Positions 7,362-10,522 of a stretch of DNA of 10,522 nucleotides are shown piece after piece. Positions within the stretch are counted from its first letter, which is position 1, and each line of letters opens with the position of its first letter. The stretch lies in the NCBI GenBank assembly GCA_027491395.1, contig JAOZFI010000049.1, positions 1 through 10,522 of the forward strand, read 5' to 3'. This DNA is from Thermoproteota archaeon (GTDB lineage Archaea > Korarchaeota > Korarchaeia > Korarchaeales > Korarchaeaceae). The translations under genes were made by a program, and so were the position numbers. The notes beneath the pieces are model-generated. The model did not search any database, was not told the DNA's origin, and saw only the letters and a list, made by a program, of their open reading frames with translations.

Positions 7362-7704
7362 TCTTGGATACCTCCTCCGTCATTCTAAGGGTCAGCCGAG
7401 AGAGGAAGGTGGAAGGAAACATCACTTCCATCACCCTCATAGAGTATCCGCCTGTGAGGCTCTACGGTAAGTTTGTGGGAAGATATACTTCCTGACCGAA
7501 GTGGACCAACTGAGAGTTGCCTCCTTGTAGGAGAGGATGAGATCTTTAGGGAAACCAATGAGCGCCGCCGACCTCCTCGTAGCTGCTGTATGCCTAAACA
7601 GGGATGAAGAGCTCCTCACCATGGATGAGGATTTCCTGTCGGTACTGGAAGTTGAGCCTGCGTTCAGGGTGATCGTTGATAGACCTGACGAGTCTTTCGG
7701 ATGA
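7358..7704 (+). pseudogene. vapC: VapC/PIN-domain toxin with frameshift and nonsense codon
   Basis: GGAGGT RBS at 7346-7351. It reads MILDTSSVI...NITSITLIEYPP...KFVG, then a 1-nt deletion near 7478-7480. The shifted frame reads KIYFLTEVDQLRVASL*(TAG 7528-7530)ERMRSLGKPMSAADLLVAAVCLNRDEELLTMDEDF...*. The gene is absent from the ORF track. Confidence 0.88.
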
Positions 7705-7749
7705 GCGCGCGAATCTTTAGTTGACCCATCCTCACCAATTTTTGAAGAC

Positions 7750-7771
7750 AATCGTCCATTAATGGGCGATT
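7750..7771. repeat. 22-bp near-perfect palindrome
   Basis: AATCGTCCATT|AATGGGCGATT, with 10 of 11 pairs Watson-Crick and no spacer. Confidence 0.7.
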
Positions 7772-8212
7772 CAGGTTTTAGAGGCGCTAGCGGAGGGAGG
7801 AGCTATGGGGCTTGAATTTGTGGAGATGATAAATCGGGAGCGACTTAGTAAACATTCCAGTGGCAATATCGTGAGCCCGCGCCCATGCTTGCAAGATCAT
7901 TCTACTCCCGAAAGGGAGCTGAGTCCCCTTACGATATTCTCTCACCCGGGCAAAGGGGACGATCCTCAATCCGTTAAATTCACCTGCCTTCAGCTAGGAG
8001 GGAGGTACTGCACGCTCTTGCTCTATCTATTTCTGAACTGAGGGGACAGATGAGAGGAATCTCTGAATCAAGCTCACTCTTCCTTGAATTCTTCACTCCT
8101 TCAAATCAGCAGATGAGGAGAACCTAACGGATCTCTCTTCATCGTTAGACGAGCATAAAACTCGGAACCTAAGAAGTACATATTACTATCTATTTGCATT
8201 GGAATATATGCC

Positions 8213-8227
8213 CGAAAAGTTTATTTT
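8213..8227 (+). promoter_or_regulatory. BRE + TATA promoter of the 582-aa gene
   Basis: CGAAAAG is followed immediately by TTTATTTT (8220-8227), 25-32 nt before ATG 8252. Confidence 0.6.
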
Positions 8228-8251
8228 CTTAAATTAAAATAATCGGATGGA

Positions 8252-10000
8252 ATGGTCAGATTCAAGTACATCAATGCAGAAAGCATGGTGAAAACATTAA
8301 AAGACAGGATGGATATTCTAGTTCCACTGCTTGGATTTACCATTTTCGCCCTAGATATGGCCGGAACAGTGGGGGCGGTCCGCATTGAGGAATTGGATTG
8401 GTCGTTGCCGTACTTTCTATCCCTCATTTCCCTAGCAACTTCCATATACACTGTTATCTCTCTCTTTAAGTCGGGTTACTTGGTAAGCTACTCAGTTTCC
8501 TCACTTCTTATATTCATTCTGGCATCCCCGATACTATTTTCCATAATATACTCCTTTTCATGTGGTTATTTCCCTGAAGACTCGCTTGCCTGCTTTATTT
8601 CAATCAAATTATCGGGGAACGTAGAATCCACATACTTGCCCCTTTTCATCGTGGTCGGACTACTGATTGTAGCTGCTGAAATGACTGTACTTGGTATGGT
8701 GGTTGAGTTAATAGATGCTCTCCTGAGAATTTTTCTGAGGAAATCCGTACCCTACAAGGGAGATAACACTAGAGGCTATATAAGCTCCCTCTATGTGGTC
8801 TCGAAGTACATTGGGATGATGGAAACGGTATTTCCCGGTGCGGTTTCCCTTATCGCGTCGATGGTGATGGAAAAACCAGAGATCAAGGCAGTTACTATGG
8901 AAATCGGTTTGACAAAAGACCACATTAAGGCTTTGCTGGGAATCAGCAGGCCAAAAGAGGAACATGAGGAGTCAAGCTATGGGGGAGCTAACAACTGTGG
9001 CTCAAACGGCTGCACTGACCCAATAATCAAGGGACCTTTTGACTTGAGTCCCGCCGAATACATTGATAGGTATAGAAGAGTTGCGAGGGAAATAGCTGGA
9101 CACTTTCTCAGGAATAAAGGAGAGGAGCTTGAGAGTGAGGAGGTTATCTGTCTTATCGCGTCAGGACTCTATAGCGGATTGGTCAAGGAGTCTTTCAAGA
9201 ACTTGGTGCTGCTCATCCTGTTTACGTCCTTCCTCACCAACTCATTCTACTTCCTCTCAGCTACTTCTGACACGGGTCTTTTCTCCGGCGTAATTGGGAT
9301 TGTAGGTATGAAATTACGGGAGCGAGATAGCAGGAAAGCTGAGGTTTTAGAGACTCAGGTTATGTCCAGTAAGAGTGTAGAGTGCATGAAGATTGAGACG
9401 ATAGAACAGTTTAAGCATCTGATGGGCGCTTTGGCTGGTAGAGTGTCCACTTTACTGCTGATTCTATACTTCCTATATATAGCCCCCACTTTCATGGCAT
9501 TTCTGGGCGATATAATCAGATACGGTGGTAGATATCTTCCTATGGGATTTGAGGCCCTATCCCTTTCCCTGTCCATAATACCGGTGTGGATAACCTCGCT
9601 ATGGGGCTTGATGATGTACAAACTCGAATCTAGACCACTGGATCCTGGGATATTACCTAAACCGAGGTACATGCTAGCCCTCGCCAGCATGCCCTCGACG
9701 CTGGTGGTCTCGACAATTCCAATGGTGATCTCTAGGGACAACGTGAACCTCGGAATCGTGGTATCCTCTATATTGATCGTGGTGCTGCTCTCCCTCCTCA
9801 TAGGCGTATCCATAGAGCTGTTCAACCTAGGTGCTGAGGGGATCTGGGAATTCCATAGGTACATTGAGGGGCTCCCCTTCATCGGGAAAATAGAGAGGGA
9901 GCGACGGCTGATATCGAACTTCATAGCGTTCCTCGTGTGGACATTATGTCTGGAGGCGTCCTTGCTGTTCCCGATGATCACCCTGATCATCTCTCTGTGA
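8252..10000 (+). CDS. Hypothetical polytopic membrane protein (582 aa)
   Basis: Long uninterrupted ORF with its own promoter. About 4 N-terminal hydrophobic segments, a ~140-aa mostly polar central region and about 7 further hydrophobic segments. It is visibly AT-richer than genes at 95-4836. No family motif was recognised. Confidence 0.85.
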   Translation: MVRFKYINAESMVKTLKDRMDILVPLLGFTIFALDMAGTVGAVRIEELDWSLPYFLSLISLATSIYTVISLFKSGYLVSYSVSSLLIFILASPILFSIIYSFSCGYFPEDSLACFISIKLSGNVESTYLPLFIVVGLLIVAAEMTVLGMVVELIDALLRIFLRKSVPYKGDNTRGYISSLYVVSKYIGMMETVFPGAVSLIASMVMEKPEIKAVTMEIGLTKDHIKALLGISRPKEEHEESSYGGANNCGSNGCTDPIIKGPFDLSPAEYIDRYRRVAREIAGHFLRNKGEELESEEVICLIASGLYSGLVKESFKNLVLLILFTSFLTNSFYFLSATSDTGLFSGVIGIVGMKLRERDSRKAEVLETQVMSSKSVECMKIETIEQFKHLMGALAGRVSTLLLILYFLYIAPTFMAFLGDIIRYGGRYLPMGFEALSLSLSIIPVWITSLWGLMMYKLESRPLDPGILPKPRYMLALASMPSTLVVSTIPMVISRDNVNLGIVVSSILIVVLLSLLIGVSIELFNLGAEGIWEFHRYIEGLPFIGKIERERRLISNFIAFLVWTLCLEASLLFPMITLIISL

Positions 10001-10371
10001 ATGTCCTCAATGGGATCAGCTATACAGGGAAGTGAAGAGGCATAAAACGGGAAGTTGCGGTCTGGCGTCGTGAAGCGGATGAGAGTGTTCCATCAAACCA
10101 ACTTTTTGGTTCCTAGCGGAGCTCGATTTATCAGGAAGCCAGCTTTCGTTAGTATATGGATTTTTTACGATAGGGAAGACGGATCAGGGGAGGGTCACGG
10201 AGCATATTTTCCGGAATATGGGGTTAGCTGACCCTTGGGATTGCTTGAGGAAGGGGTTGACCCAACCAGCATTCCTTCGTACTGCTGGCGGGATCCCTCG
10301 TAGGAGTTCCTTCACCGGTCCCCTTGGGGCTGGGGACCTTGCGGTAAAGCATTGAGGGGGGATGAGTTCCA

Positions 10372-10522
10372 TCAGATCTCACCTATCCCCTCCATATCCT
10401 CCAGCAGGAGGACCTGCCTTGGATCGGTCACCACAAGTCCCTGGGCAAGTCTTCTAAGCCTAGGGAGTAGCTCCAGCAGTTTTCCCCTCTCCAAGACCGT
10501 GTTGACCGCGAACCACCCTTCC
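10372..10522 (-). CDS. hisG: ATP phosphoribosyltransferase (long form), C-terminal 49 aa; partial at window edge
   Basis: The minus strand reads EGWFAVNTVLERGKLLELLPRLRRLAQGLVVTDPRQVLLLEDMEGIGEI*. This matches the HisG C-terminal regulatory domain pattern (GWxAVxTV...L+PxL+xxAQGLVV) as recalled from TACK archaea. Confidence 0.78.
   Translation of the reverse strand, partial: EGWFAVNTVLERGKLLELLPRLRRLAQGLVVTDPRQVLLLEDMEGIGEI

Noticed and set aside
6934-7530. Stop-codon recoding (pyrrolysine, selenocysteine or alternative code) to explain the in-frame TAA and TAG
   Set aside because: Two different stops occur together with frameshifts. TAA terminates the intact Lrp gene and TAG ends the first PIN frame. 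Each stop is one base from a plausible sense codon.
3851-7751. Short ORFs 3851..4063, 4106..4318, 4492..4692, 5414..5677, 5812..6030, 6268..6471, 6805..7110, 7117..7440, 7437..7751
   Set aside because: All but 5812..6030 are antisense to real genes or pseudogenes. 5812..6030 has no recognisable protein features.
8047-8066. Second C/D sRNA (AGATGA...CTGA)
   Set aside because: Only one degenerate box pair with an 8-nt gap. No second pair or terminal stem.
4866-8251. CRISPR array in the long spacers
   Set aside because: No regularly spaced 24-40-nt direct repeats seen.
7787-9990. ORFs 7787..7969, 7805..8041, 8221..8451, 8708..8965, 9355..9990
   Set aside because: The last three are antisense to the 582-aa gene. 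The first two are short, overlap each other and lack motifs. 7805..8041 has a GGAGG upstream, so it cannot be fully excluded.
7827-10133. TGATAAATCG (7827-7836) / CGATTTATCA (10124-10133) as transposon terminal inverted repeats
   Set aside because: Only 10 bp, and many such matches are expected by chance in 10 kb. No target duplication or transposase.
10240-10351. RNase P or SRP RNA, suggested by GAGGAA and GC-rich stems
   Set aside because: No GAGGAAxxUCC plus ACAGAA P4 pairing and no SRP helix-8 GNRA/AGCA motif.

Overview
Archaeal window, probably a TACK-type thermophile. This is inferred from TATA/BRE-like promoters, heavy AGG/ATA codon use, a FlaK-type peptidase, a C/D box RNA and the form of the HisG C-terminus. 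The left half (1-4860) is compact and intact. It holds a C/D box guide sRNA on the minus strand (1-65, not in the ORF track), an A24 prepilin/preflagellin peptidase, a class I PLP aminotransferase, a CDF transporter with non-canonical metal-site residues and three tandem C-terminal domains, an Lrp/AsnC regulator and two hypothetical genes. The right half (about 4860-10370) is an accessory, decaying region. It holds an AbrB-VapC pair whose toxin has a 1-nt frameshift, an AmmeMemoRadiSam-type radical SAM gene with an in-frame TAA, a second VapBC pair broken in both genes, long hairpin-rich spacers and an AT-richer 582-aa orphan polytopic membrane protein. The window ends in the 3' end of hisG. 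No integrase, transposase, CRISPR array, tRNA or rRNA was recognised, and no new multi-gene system can be demonstrated from the sequence alone. All family calls come from motif recognition, not database searches.
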